From Candidatus Bathyarchaeia archaeon (GTDB lineage Archaea; Thermoproteota; Bathyarchaeia; Bathyarchaeales; Bathycorpusculaceae), in the NCBI GenBank assembly GCA_050012755.1, contig JBEKGO010000005.1, positions 26,070 to 90,069 on the forward strand: a DNA stretch of 64,000 nucleotides. Direction: 5' to 3'. How positions within the stretch are numbered: position 1 is the first letter of the stretch; each line of letters begins with the position of its first letter. The notes under the pieces are model-generated. The model worked only from the letters and a program-made list of their open reading frames with translations. It did no database searches and was not told the DNA's origin. The translations under genes and the position numbers were made by a program. Positions 39,944-50,531 of the stretch are shown here, piece by piece.

Positions 39944-40218
39944 TTCCTAAAATCCCTCCTAATCAGCCTACGCATAGGTCCATCTGCGTAATGAACCCCT
40001 GCAACAAAATCGCCCAACGTATCTTCATCAAACTGTGCTCCCTCCTTTTTCCTTGTTTGAAGTTCATTTAAAATAACTGCGTGGTATGCCAGAGCATTAG
40101 CGACGCGAACTTTATCCATGGGTTGAAGGGCTGGATCATTAAACATTTTCTTTAAGTCTGTCATTAATTCCCTTTCTGTTTTTATGAGCTCTTCATCATT
40201 TTCTTGATTTTCTGACAT
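39913..40218 (-). CDS. Small helical protein, candidate terminase small subunit
   Basis: 101 aa, immediately upstream of and overlapping terL; positional call only. Confidence 0.5.
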   Translation of the reverse strand: MSENQENDEELIKTERELMTDLKKMFNDPALQPMDKVRVANALAYHAVILNELQTRKKEGAQFDEDTLGDFVAGVHYADGPMRRLIRRDFRNWTRRLSSRR

Positions 40219-40556
40219 TGCTTATCCTGAATCCACTTTTCACTTGATTTTGAAAGACTGAAATTTTCTCGAAACTCAGCGCGCTAAAGCTAGCAATGTT
40301 TCTAACCTTTAAACCAAGCATAGAAACGACTTTTTGAAGTAGTAGAGAGGGCAGTGAAAGTGAAATCACCTGATTCTTCAAAGTGGCAAAAGCAGATTCC
40401 TAATGCATTATTTCAAAGAGAACCCAAAAGTGCTAAGTGATAAGATTTTAGAGTTAGTGCAAAACATAGAGAAAACGTTGGTGATTTCAGGAATAGATTG
40501 TTACAAAGAGCAAAATAGAAACTGTTCTTAAGTCACATCATAGACAGGGTTTATGT

Positions 40557-40800
40557 GTGAAAATTTCCGCGTTACTCGAAACACCATCTGTCAAAATCCT
40601 ACTTTATTATATGAACATGGGAATGCGGTGCACAGAACTAACAAAGTTGATAGCAAGTGGAGGAACACTTTCACTCAATACTAATGAGCTTGAGGAAGAT
40701 GGTCTTTTAGAAAGAAGAATCATGACATCTAACCTGCACAAGCGTTTTACTCCTTAGCGAAAAAGGTTCAGAAATATCAGTTCTTCTTTGCAAGAACAAA
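40557..40800 (+). pseudogene. Degraded HxlR/MarR-like winged-helix gene
   Basis: ELTKLIASGGTLSLNTNELEEDGLLERRI; the expected PAQAFYSL wing continues in a different frame. Confidence 0.55.
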
Positions 40801-40867
40801 AACATAATTGATAAATGATATGATCTTTTTGCGAGTCCAATCACTCTTATCTATTGTTTGGTTTTCA

Positions 40868-43800
40868 TCATACTTCATCATTCTTATTACGGGCTTGTGG
40901 TTCAGACTCAATAAACTCTTGTTCAATTTCGTTTATCTGGTACAGATCATAAATTTTCTTGTCTAATCTCCTATCCAGAACGACCATTTGGTGATGTAAT
41001 TCGTGGGCTGATTCAAGTAATTTGCAATAGTGTTCTGTTATTCTATTAATGGCTGTCAGGTTTTCATTCTTAATCTTATTGAAGATGGGAATCTTTGCAG
41101 ATAACAGCTTTTGGAACAAATTGCCTGTTCCCATAGATTTCCAGTTCCTATTAGCATACAGCATAACAAATCTTCTGAGAGAATCATTTATTATTCTGCA
41201 TTTGAGAACAAGGTAACCACTTTCTACTTTATCACTACCGATTGGTAAAAAGTCAACTCTGAACTCCAGAGAATTCTCTTCTTCTGCTACCTCTATTTTC
41301 TTAATTGCTCCTTTCCTGATTCTGTCTGCATATTGGCAATCAATCGAGTCTAAGCCGTGATAAATAGTTGAGAACTTGGTGTAAGCAATTATCGGAGAAT
41401 CAACGCATTGGTTAAAATCCAAGTTTATTGCTGCTCTCTTGTTTGACAAGGACATTAGCTCCTCAACGTTACTGACTATTGACAGGTGAAGCGCTTTTTC
41501 AGACTCGTCGGTTAGGTTTATTTTTTTAATTGGGATTTCGGCTAAGGGACCGCTAAAGTACTCCATATATCCGTCTCTTTTGAGTTTTGTAGCAGATCGG
41601 TAATAGAAGTTCATTAAACGAGAATTCAAAATACCCAAAACATACTTTATGCTAACAAGCTCTGTTCTTGATACAAGTACATAGGTATCGGTGAGCGTGT
41701 AGAACGACTCATTATCAAAAGCGAACTTGTTAGATGTGGCATAATTGGGAACAAGAAGTTTTTCCTTCACACAATCAAATAGTTCCCTGTTGCGAGGAAC
41801 ACTGAGTTCATACCATTTACGCGTCCCATGCCTCACTTGAAAGCGCGCTTCAAGTTCAATTCTAAATTGTTTTAGATAGTTTATTGTGTTAGGGATGGTT
41901 TCCGGATTAATTTCAGGAACCGTGTAAATTAGTGATAGGTTTCGATAACCGATATGATACCGCTTAACATCTCGAGTCTTAACGTATTTCTTTAGTACTT
42001 CAGTCTCTAACTGATATTTCTCGATTATTTCAGGAGTTACTATGAATGCTTTGTTTAGACCTGTTGTCATTCCCTGCCCTATATTACAAATGTCATTATC
42101 ACCAAGCTTCCACGAATTTCTGCGGATTTTTTCTTTTAGCATTTCTATTTTTGAGGACGAAAAAATCCATGGTTCAGCGGTCAACTCTCCTTGGAGCCAG
42201 CTAAATACACTGATATGCTCATCCTCAAATGAATCTTTGTTTTGATTAGCTTCAATATGTTTGAAAAGATCACTGTAACTCTCGGACCAATTTTTAACCT
42301 TAACCAATTTTATTCGATTATTTGCACGAGCTTCTGAATCAGAATTGCGCTCAAAAATGATTATGGACGTGAGAACATTTGCACCTTTGAAAAATTGAAC
42401 ATTCCCTGAATCCAAAATAAGCTTAATCCTTGCATTTTTTAGAATCCAATCCCTTAGTTTATCAGCCCAACGTGACTCGAGCCAATACCGAGCAACGATG
42501 AAGCCTAACACCCCCTTTTCCTTTAGTAGACTCAAACCGCGCATTATGAAATAGAAGAGGATATCGTTCTGACCTCTATAAACTTCAGACCATTCAGTGC
42601 TTTCCCTGAGGTATTTTTTTAGCTCATCCGATTGCGTTGATATTGTAAAATATGGGGGATTACCTATAATAACATCAAACTTCCCTCCCTCAACGGCTCT
42701 AAAACCCTTTTCCCAGCGAAATGGTTGAACGCTAGAAAATCCCTCTCCAAAAAACTTTTTAAGTTCTTCATCTTCCAATCCAATTATCGAGTTGCCAACC
42801 TTGATATTTTCTTGAAGAATTAGCGGTAGCTTTTCACCTCTCTTCAATGCTTGGAGCATGAGGTTTACAGATGCTATTTCAGTAGCAGAAGAATCAATAT
42901 CTACCCCGAAAATGTTTTCCATGAGTATCTTCTTTTCAAAGTTCTCAAAAGGTTGATGCCGTCTCGATTCAAGTTCCCAAGCTTCTTTGTTCTTTCCTTC
43001 AGCTCTAAGTCTAAATATTTTGTTCGTTATCTTCTGATTTTCTTCACTGATTTTTTCGTTATATGCCCTATACTTTTTTTCAAGCCTTTCAAAAGCCTTG
43101 ATTAGAAAAGACCCAGAGCCGCACGCAGGATCAAGAATACGGACTTTGGCCACTTGAGAAAATTTTTCAATTGATTCCGAAATTCTCTCGTCTTCGTAAT
43201 ACTTAACAGCCTCGTCGAATGCCTCTGCAACTTTCTCAAGTGCGTTGGATGCAATATAATTTACAACGGGAGGCTCAGTGTAGTATACACCGCTTGATTT
43301 CTTCAATATAGGGGTTGGTTTGAGTTCAACATCATTGTTTATGAATAATTTGCTTCCAAGGTAGCTTTCGTAAGTATTTCCGAGAATGTCGGAAGTGAAC
43401 TTTCTAAAGTTTTGGCCATAGAGCGCTTTAATGATGTCAGCCAACGTATCACTACTTATCCTCGAAAGCACTTTATCGAGCTCTAGGTCTTCTTCGAAGA
43501 TTTTGCTGTCATGAATTTGGTTAAAACCAACGAAGAGTTGTTTGATGATTTCAGTAAGAGAAGTGTAAGTCCGTGTTTTGGACCAATACTCAAATGCGGC
43601 ATGGAGCTGGTCAGGATCCGAAAGAACCCACTTGTCTTCTGCATAGCGAATGATAACAAATCGGTCAATTATTCTTTGGGTGTATTTTTGGAGCTCCTCA
43701 GCTTTCAATTCAGGGCAGTTTCTATGCATATTCCGAGCGAGTTTGAGACGCCAATCATTTAGAGCATTTAGGAAATTTAGATCGACATCAGGCCTTTCAA

Positions 43801-44368
43801 TTCTTCCTTCCAGTTTGTTAATATTTCCATCCGATACTTGTTCATTTGTTAAAAGCATTAGATCATCTATTCGCTCCAAATACTGCGTAGGCGACTCGAT
43901 GTCGAGAACTACTTCACCAGTTTTAGAGTTAAAAAGCCTAAATTTCTCGAAATTTGTTAATATTGCCCATTTAGCATCAATACTCATTCCTGCGTAATTA
44001 AGCACTTGGCGTTCCTCTGACGTCCAGTCTGCATAAATTTTTTGGCCAGAGAGAGTTAATTGGACCCCTCGCTCCAAACGGGATGGCACACCGCCAAATC
44101 GTTTTGCTTCAACAAAAATAATAGGTTTGCCGCTAACTTTTAGAGCTACATCTGCGTGACCAATCCCTCGCACATAATTCTCTGAATCGTATTCTTTTGA
44201 ATCGTCAGTTTTCCAGCCTAATATACTAAACAATGGATCTACGTAGTCCTTTCTAACATTTGCTTCACCAATTTCCTTGAGCCCTTTGTCGCCGAGCTCA
44301 AATTTGCGAACGGTATATTTTTGAATAAGCTGCTTTACACCATGCACAACATTGTCATATTCGGCCAT
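40868..44368 (-). CDS. Type IIG (Eco57I-like) fused restriction endonuclease and N6-adenine methyltransferase
   Basis: N-terminal ADVAL...FVEAK nuclease motif, WAILTNF, ILDPACGSGSFL, IIGNPPY, C-terminal TaqI_C-like target recognition domain. Confidence 0.9.
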   Translation of the reverse strand: MAEYDNVVHGVKQLIQKYTVRKFELGDKGLKEIGEANVRKDYVDPLFSILGWKTDDSKEYDSENYVRGIGHADVALKVSGKPIIFVEAKRFGGVPSRLERGVQLTLSGQKIYADWTSEERQVLNYAGMSIDAKWAILTNFEKFRLFNSKTGEVVLDIESPTQYLERIDDLMLLTNEQVSDGNINKLEGRIERPDVDLNFLNALNDWRLKLARNMHRNCPELKAEELQKYTQRIIDRFVIIRYAEDKWVLSDPDQLHAAFEYWSKTRTYTSLTEIIKQLFVGFNQIHDSKIFEEDLELDKVLSRISSDTLADIIKALYGQNFRKFTSDILGNTYESYLGSKLFINNDVELKPTPILKKSSGVYYTEPPVVNYIASNALEKVAEAFDEAVKYYEDERISESIEKFSQVAKVRILDPACGSGSFLIKAFERLEKKYRAYNEKISEENQKITNKIFRLRAEGKNKEAWELESRRHQPFENFEKKILMENIFGVDIDSSATEIASVNLMLQALKRGEKLPLILQENIKVGNSIIGLEDEELKKFFGEGFSSVQPFRWEKGFRAVEGGKFDVIIGNPPYFTISTQSDELKKYLRESTEWSEVYRGQNDILFYFIMRGLSLLKEKGVLGFIVARYWLESRWADKLRDWILKNARIKLILDSGNVQFFKGANVLTSIIIFERNSDSEARANNRIKLVKVKNWSESYSDLFKHIEANQNKDSFEDEHISVFSWLQGELTAEPWIFSSSKIEMLKEKIRRNSWKLGDNDICNIGQGMTTGLNKAFIVTPEIIEKYQLETEVLKKYVKTRDVKRYHIGYRNLSLIYTVPEINPETIPNTINYLKQFRIELEARFQVRHGTRKWYELSVPRNRELFDCVKEKLLVPNYATSNKFAFDNESFYTLTDTYVLVSRTELVSIKYVLGILNSRLMNFYYRSATKLKRDGYMEYFSGPLAEIPIKKINLTDESEKALHLSIVSNVEELMSLSNKRAAINLDFNQCVDSPIIAYTKFSTIYHGLDSIDCQYADRIRKGAIKKIEVAEEENSLEFRVDFLPIGSDKVESGYLVLKCRIINDSLRRFVMLYANRNWKSMGTGNLFQKLLSAKIPIFNKIKNENLTAINRITEHYCKLLESAHELHHQMVVLDRRLDKKIYDLYQINEIEQEFIESEPQARNKNDEV

Positions 44369-44717
44369 TCTTTGCCAGCACTTCCATTGAAACCAGTCGG
44401 TAATATAAATGAAATATAAATAAAAGATTATGTTATTTACCGATTAAGAATCTGATGTGTGATGATTAATTCTGCAAGCCGTTAAAAAGTTAAGATATAG
44501 ATAATTCCTTATCGGTTTAGCAAAAATGCGAATTGGAGATGAATTATTTTTTTCCCCTAAATTCAAGTTTAGTGTTTTAGATTGGAAGAATACGGACCAA
44601 ATTGTTATCGACAATTCAATTGCAGGTTAGTTTTGGAAAATCAAATAGTGGTCTTCCTTAGTAGTATTTGATAAAAATTCTTTAAGCAAGTCTTCGTAAA
44701 CATAGGTCAGGTATGGT

Positions 44718-45623
44718 ATGGATAAGACGGACGTTATCCTCGTTCAGTTGCTATTGATGAATTCTAGGCTCTCGTACGCCGAGTTGGCTGAGAAACTAAA
44801 CTTATCCGTCAACGCTGTCCATAAGCGAATTCAACTTTTGATTGAAGCAGGTGTTATCCGTAGGTTTACTGCTAAACTTGGGCCAGTTGCGGCCCCTCAA
44901 GTCACCGTTTTTATTTCTGGTGTTTCGGAGTTGTCTTCGGTTCAAGATTTGCCTGGCAAGCTGGCAACTCATGGCTCTATTTACTGGCTGGCAGTTGGAG
45001 GTGGCAAAATCCTGTACGTCGGTGCTTATTTGAGAAACATCAATGACTTGGCACCGTTGGTGCAATATGTGAAAGATGTCCTGGGTATTCCTGAACCTAC
45101 AATAGGCATTGTGGCGGGTGTTGCACCCGTGAACATCGTGGTAGGCTCTAAGCCGCCTGAGACTTCACTTTGTGACTTAGACTACAAAATAATCCATTGT
45201 TTACAGGATAATTCGCGAAAACCACTCTCCGAGATCGCAGAACAATTGGGCGTGGCAACAAAAACGGTTCGCCGCAGACTCAACCGCATGATTAAAAACT
45301 GGTTAATCGATCTCTCGGTCGAATGGTATCCTGACAAGTCAAACGACATTATTACCCTTATTGAGCTTCACGCTAAAGCTAACGCTGACCCTAATCTTCT
45401 ATATGGAATTGTCAAAAAATATTATCCGCATGTACTGTTCTTCTGGTCTTACGCCAACCTATCAAACACCGCAACCTTAGCCGTCTGGACCAACACAATG
45501 CTGGAACTGCAAAATATCCGAGAAACCCTTGAAAAAGGACCAGGCGTAGCTTCAGTAACTCTGAATACATTGTATGTAGGCTATATTTTCAAAACTTGGC
45601 GAGACCAAATTCCCGAAAAATAG
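44718..45623 (+). CDS. Duplicated Lrp/AsnC-family regulator
   Basis: Two HTH units: MDKTDVIL...NSRLSYAELA and DLDYKII...NSRKPLSEIA. Confidence 0.88.
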   Translation: MDKTDVILVQLLLMNSRLSYAELAEKLNLSVNAVHKRIQLLIEAGVIRRFTAKLGPVAAPQVTVFISGVSELSSVQDLPGKLATHGSIYWLAVGGGKILYVGAYLRNINDLAPLVQYVKDVLGIPEPTIGIVAGVAPVNIVVGSKPPETSLCDLDYKIIHCLQDNSRKPLSEIAEQLGVATKTVRRRLNRMIKNWLIDLSVEWYPDKSNDIITLIELHAKANADPNLLYGIVKKYYPHVLFFWSYANLSNTATLAVWTNTMLELQNIRETLEKGPGVASVTLNTLYVGYIFKTWRDQIPEK

Positions 45624-45769
45624 CCACGGTCTTCTTTTTCAACCTCACGTGTTACAAAAAGGCATTCTGAAGCTATTTTTTTGTCGTTTTCTCTCACAAC
45701 AAGCTCACATGAAACTAAATTCTCGCAAACCCACACATCAATCAAGAATCAAAAATAGAAAGTGAAAAC

Positions 45770-46516
45770 ATGACTGAAAACGCAATAATAATAGAACATC
45801 TTGAGAAGCAATACCAAGATGTCAAAGCCCTTGACGACCTCAGCCTGCAAGTTGGCAAAGGCGAACTTTTCGGACTTTTAGGTCCAAACGGCGCAGGCAA
45901 AACCACTACCATAAACATACTCTGCGGACTGCTAAAGCCAACACGGGGCGGAGCAACAGTCTGTGGCTACGATGTAGAGAAAGAAGCCTCCAAAGTCAAA
46001 GACTTAATCGGAGTATGCATCCAAGAAACCGCTATTTACCCATATTTAACAGGCGCAGAGAACGTGGATCTCTTCGGCAACCTATACACCATGGATAAAG
46101 ACACACTTAAGACTCGCCAAATAATGCTATTTGATAAGATGGGTTTGACCGAGGATGCTAAACGCAAAGCGAGTAAATACAGCGGCGGCATGAAACGGCG
46201 TTTAAGCTTGATTCTATCCTTAATTCACGACCCACAAGTTGCCTTCTTAGACGAACCCACCGTGGCGATGGACCCTCAATCTAGACATGCGGTTTGGGAT
46301 TTTATAAAAGAACTCAAAACCCAAAACAAAACCGTAATCTTAACAACCCACTACATGGAAGAAGCCGAAGAACTCTGCGACCGAGTCGGCATCATAGACC
46401 ACGGAAAACTCATCGCACTTGGAACACCTGAGGAATTAATTTCCAAAAACCAAGTGAAGAATTTGGAAGAGGTTTTCATCAAGTTAACTGGGCGAAACAT
46501 CCGGGAGGAATCTTAG
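45770..46516 (+). CDS. ABC-2 exporter ATP-binding subunit
   Basis: GPNGAGKTT, YSGGMKRR, LDEPT, TTHYMEEA. Confidence 0.95.
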   Translation: MTENAIIIEHLEKQYQDVKALDDLSLQVGKGELFGLLGPNGAGKTTTINILCGLLKPTRGGATVCGYDVEKEASKVKDLIGVCIQETAIYPYLTGAENVDLFGNLYTMDKDTLKTRQIMLFDKMGLTEDAKRKASKYSGGMKRRLSLILSLIHDPQVAFLDEPTVAMDPQSRHAVWDFIKELKTQNKTVILTTHYMEEAEELCDRVGIIDHGKLIALGTPEELISKNQVKNLEEVFIKLTGRNIREES

Positions 46517-47674
46517 ATGAAGCTCCAACGCATTTTATCATTGACAAAGAAAGAAATTAAGAAAACTGTCCGAGAACCTGCAGTGCTGTTCATGATTTTC
46601 CTGTTCCCAATAATCTTCGTGGTTGCTTTCGGTGCATCTTTTGGTGGCGCAGGAAGCGGGCAAACGGTTTACAACATCGGCGTAGTAAACACCGATTCAG
46701 GGGCCTCCTCGCTTTCTTCGCAGCAGTTTCTGACCGCTTTAACAGATACAAAAATCCTCAACTGCCACATCTACACAGACAACCAAACAGCTCAAAATGA
46801 CCTCTCTCAGGGCAAAATCCAAGCTGCCATGATCATCCCTGTCGATTTCAGCCAAAGCTTAACGTCTTATCAAGCATCACCAAACAACCCTGACCAATGG
46901 ACAAACGCAACGATCTCCCTCTACCTAGACAAAGGCTCCCTCATTGCCACTCAAGCTATTCCACCAATAATGCAGCAGGTGCTATCCACCATGACCAACC
47001 AGAACACACAAACAATTCAAAGTCCACTCCATATAGAAACCGCTTCATTGGTAGAAGTGAAAACAACTTCGGCGTTTGATTTTCTTGCTCCAGGTATGTT
47101 TACTTTCGCGTCAATTTTCCTTATAATGATAGTTGGGCAGTCGTTTGCGCAGGATCGAGAGAACGGTATGATGAAACGCATCCGCATCACTCCTACTACT
47201 CCTTCGGAGTTCATGGCTAGCCAAGTCCTATCTTACATGTTAATCGCGCTAATTCAGGCGGCGCTTGTCTTCACTATGACTTTTGCCTTAGGCTTCAAAC
47301 CAAATGTTGGTATCTCAACCTACGCCTTTGCATTCGTGCTTGTGCTGGTCTTCTCAGTGTCGAACGTTGGTTTCGGTTTAATTACTGCCACTATAGCTAA
47401 GTCACCTGGCGCTGCTACAGGCATTGCTTTCCTCTTCGTTATCCCACAGCTGTTCCTTGGAACCTTCGTAGGCGCATCACTCAGCGCAGGCGCCAAAGTG
47501 GCAGGGCAGTTTGTACCCAGCTATTATGTTACTGACGCTTTGACTTCCTTGTTCCTTCGCGGAGCAACATTAACCAGCACAACTATCCTCGTTGACTTCG
47601 GAATTGTCTCGGTATCATGCGTTGCTATCTTGGCAGTTGGCATAGCCCTGTACGCAAAGTACTACAAAATCTAA
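46517..47674 (+). CDS. ABC-2 exporter permease
   Basis: Six-TM ABC-2 layout with an extracellular loop; DRENGMMKRI. Confidence 0.9.
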   Translation: MKLQRILSLTKKEIKKTVREPAVLFMIFLFPIIFVVAFGASFGGAGSGQTVYNIGVVNTDSGASSLSSQQFLTALTDTKILNCHIYTDNQTAQNDLSQGKIQAAMIIPVDFSQSLTSYQASPNNPDQWTNATISLYLDKGSLIATQAIPPIMQQVLSTMTNQNTQTIQSPLHIETASLVEVKTTSAFDFLAPGMFTFASIFLIMIVGQSFAQDRENGMMKRIRITPTTPSEFMASQVLSYMLIALIQAALVFTMTFALGFKPNVGISTYAFAFVLVLVFSVSNVGFGLITATIAKSPGAATGIAFLFVIPQLFLGTFVGASLSAGAKVAGQFVPSYYVTDALTSLFLRGATLTSTTILVDFGIVSVSCVAILAVGIALYAKYYKI

Positions 47675-47690
47675 GCAATGGTGAGTCAAA

Positions 47691-48059
47691 GTGACTAAAC
47701 GTGAACCAATTGACATCGCGGCGTTGGCCAAGCAGGCACAGGTCTCGGAAGAAAAAGAAGCATACATTCAACTGGACAAAACCCAAAGCTACCGCATCGG
47801 CATGGGCGCCAGAGCAAATCCTCCCGCTATGCCCTCTTTTTTCGTAGAAGTAATCCTCAACCTATCCACAAAAAATAGGAATGTTGACTTGCAACGGCTG
47901 GAAAACATACTGGCATGCCTGAAAACATTGAAAGCCCGAGGTTACACATTAATTTGCGAGGATAGCAATTGCATCTCCTGTGAAACCGCATTTGACATAC
48001 AAAATCCAAACAGAGAATACCAAGCAATCAAAGCCGTGATGCAAACAATCAATCTCTGA
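47691..48059 (+). CDS. Hypothetical protein
   Basis: GGTGA ribosome-binding site; follows the ABC genes on the same strand. Confidence 0.6.
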   Translation: MTKREPIDIAALAKQAQVSEEKEAYIQLDKTQSYRIGMGARANPPAMPSFFVEVILNLSTKNRNVDLQRLENILACLKTLKARGYTLICEDSNCISCETAFDIQNPNREYQAIKAVMQTINL

Positions 48060-48236
48060 ATAGGCAAAGCTTCGGCTTAAGTACTCCAATCGTAGCAGTA
48101 GCTAAAACAACTGTAGCCCCAACATATACGCTCGCCCGAATACAAAAACCCCTATCAGTTCCACATCAACTGTTTTAGTTCAGTCAAATTTAGCATCTCC
48201 AGCAAACACTTTGAAGACTAAAAAAAGGAACCAGTA

Positions 48237-49223
48237 TCAGAACGTTGATATGGTTTGTTGTGGCGATGGCCACCTGTCGGGAATTTTCCTCGCGCTAACT
48301 TCAACTTTCGTTATTCCGCTAATTCTGGCAATCTGGTCTTGTATAGCGAATGATTCAGAAGTGTCTCTAATCATTGCAGTTCCTTGGATGTCATAATCGC
48401 CACTTGTTCTTGTAATAATTATCACGTCTAGTATTTTCGCAAGCGACTCAATAACCGTGTTAGACAAACCGCCTGGAGCTGCAAAAGCTATGTTGAAATC
48501 TAATATCGAGGAGTATCCAATCTTACTCGGGCTTATTTGTATTGACACTTTCATTGAACCCTTTTTCCTAAGGTTATGGTATCTCTTTATGACGGTTTCA
48601 GTAGACACTCCTATTTGTTTGGCAATTTGACTAAACGAGGCGCGCCCATCCAGAGTAAGCTTCGCCATGATTTGCTTATCCAGTTCATCAATCAGCGTTT
48701 CAGCTTCGAGAGCACTAACTGTTTTGTTTAGATCTTGTCGGCCGTCCTTATCGGCTTGTTCCAGAATGCCCGTGAGGTTCAGGTTTTCAGGAATGTTTCT
48801 AACGCCAGTCCAAATATAGGTCTTTAACCCCATCGTCGGTATTTTCTGCTTTATTATCTGCTTTACATGGTCCAGTTCATTTAGGTCCTTTAAGGATGCA
48901 TATGCTCTAACATTATAAACACTATTATACTGTCGGAAGGCTTTCACCTCAGTTATTTTTGGTAAAAGCTCCATAACCTGTTCCATTTGCTCTGGATTTA
49001 CGCTTACAAGAAGAGTTGCGATTGCGTCAAACCCAAAATGGCTATAATTAATTTGAACCGTTGCACCTTTAATTATGCCTTTTTTTTCCATCGCTCTGCA
49101 ACGTTTCCAAGCCACGTTTTTTGTAACATTGCATGCTTCTGCCAACTCATCATAACCAGTCCGCCCGTCTTTTAATAGGATTCTCAGTATTTTAGCGTCA
49201 AGGTCATTGAGTTTGGTATTCGT
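48237..49223 (-). CDS. Duplicated Lrp/AsnC-family regulator (start uncertain)
   Basis: The first HTH (LNDLDAKILRILLKDGRTGYDELA) lies in frame upstream of the called TTG 49145; second unit is IDELDKQIMAKLTLDGRASFSQIA. Confidence 0.82.
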   Translation of the reverse strand, partial: TNTKLNDLDAKILRILLKDGRTGYDELAEACNVTKNVAWKRCRAMEKKGIIKGATVQINYSHFGFDAIATLLVSVNPEQMEQVMELLPKITEVKAFRQYNSVYNVRAYASLKDLNELDHVKQIIKQKIPTMGLKTYIWTGVRNIPENLNLTGILEQADKDGRQDLNKTVSALEAETLIDELDKQIMAKLTLDGRASFSQIAKQIGVSTETVIKRYHNLRKKGSMKVSIQISPSKIGYSSILDFNIAFAAPGGLSNTVIESLAKILDVIIITRTSGDYDIQGTAMIRDTSESFAIQDQIARISGITKVEVSARKIPDRWPSPQQTISTF

Positions 49224-49310
49224 TTTCCTCCTTTCTTCCGCATATAGTCCACTGATAAAACTGCCAAATTATTTTAATTTTTGGCTATTTTGAACAGTTG
49301 CCACGCTTTT

Positions 49311-50291
49311 CTAAAAAGTTGAAATGTACTGCCTCGGTGTGGGCCATTTTTTCCACGCTTCGCCAAATCTCAGTAGGTCGGTGTCTACTTTTGTTATTCC
49401 TCGGATTTTTCCAATCTCTTCCTGAATGGAAAGCAACCGATCTAAATCTTGCACCATTGCATATATTTGCAGATCGTAGTCTCCCGTTGTTTTCATGATG
49501 CTTATAATATCAGGTATCTTGCTGATTTTCTCGACAATCATGTCTGATTTTTCATCAGATGTAACGGTAAAAAAAACACATAAGGCGCGGTATCCAATTC
49601 TATTAGGGTTGACCTGAATTGTGACTTTTAGAACACCATTATTTTTTAATTTTTCATATCTCCTCTTGGCTGCGTAGGGCGAGAGTCCTATCTTCAAACC
49701 AAGTGATTGCATCGACATCCGACCGTTTTCAGCGAGTAAGTCTGCTATTCTCAGGTCAATCTCGTCGATGCGTATATTTGGTTCTTCCATAATCTTCATC
49801 GTATGACTGATAGGGACCTCATTTTTTTTCCTGTTATTTTCTGTAATTGATAGATTAAAGTTCATTTCCTTTACATCGGTCCATATTGCAGTTTTCATTT
49901 CCGAGACTGAAAAATTTCTCTTGATGCAATCCTTAACCTCGTTCAATTGTTCAAGCGTATTAAGAATCGTAATAACACCTATACTATTTTCGACTCCTCC
50001 ACTATAGATGGAGTAAACGTTGGGCATCTTTTGCAAGTATTCAATAAGTTGATCTGCTTGGCGGAAGTTTACATTAATCAACATGTTGGCAACAGCCTTG
50101 TAGCCAAAGAGTTTATAGTTGATGTGTGTTGTTGCGCCTGTGATTATGCCCATTCTTTCCATTTTGCGGTAATTCTTCTTGACAGCTTCTTTCGATAGAT
50201 CTGTAGCTTGCGCAATTTCTTGTTCACTTTTGCGCCCGTCAACTAGTAACTGTTTAAGAATTTTCGCCTGAACTTCACTAAATTGCGTGAT
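49311..50291 (-). CDS. Duplicated Lrp/AsnC-family regulator (start uncertain)
   Basis: The first HTH (SEVQAKILKQLLVDGRKSEQEIAQ) lies in frame upstream of the called ATG 50162; paralog of its neighbour, sharing the WPxPxQxISTF C-terminus. Confidence 0.82.
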   Translation of the reverse strand: MTQFSEVQAKILKQLLVDGRKSEQEIAQATDLSKEAVKKNYRKMERMGIITGATTHINYKLFGYKAVANMLINVNFRQADQLIEYLQKMPNVYSIYSGGVENSIGVITILNTLEQLNEVKDCIKRNFSVSEMKTAIWTDVKEMNFNLSITENNRKKNEVPISHTMKIMEEPNIRIDEIDLRIADLLAENGRMSMQSLGLKIGLSPYAAKRRYEKLKNNGVLKVTIQVNPNRIGYRALCVFFTVTSDEKSDMIVEKISKIPDIISIMKTTGDYDLQIYAMVQDLDRLLSIQEEIGKIRGITKVDTDLLRFGEAWKKWPTPRQYISTF

Positions 50292-50531
50292 CCATACCTC
50301 TATTCCTTTTTAGGGTCATGAGGTTTCCATCAATTTAAATTCATCGATGAAAACGCTTGGTGTTTTTCTCAATCACCAATTCTGTTTTTCGTGCTGTTAT
50401 TATCTTCTTACATTAACGCCATATTTATCGCTAAACTGGCTATTTCATTCAGTATTTTCTGAAGTATTACAAAGTTTTATAAAGGTGCCCAATAATGGGG
50501 GAACCAGATTTCAAAAGGAGAAAAGAAAAAA

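Noticed and set aside
37800-44700. Complete provirus
   Set aside because: No integrase, portal, capsid, tail genes or att repeats were seen.
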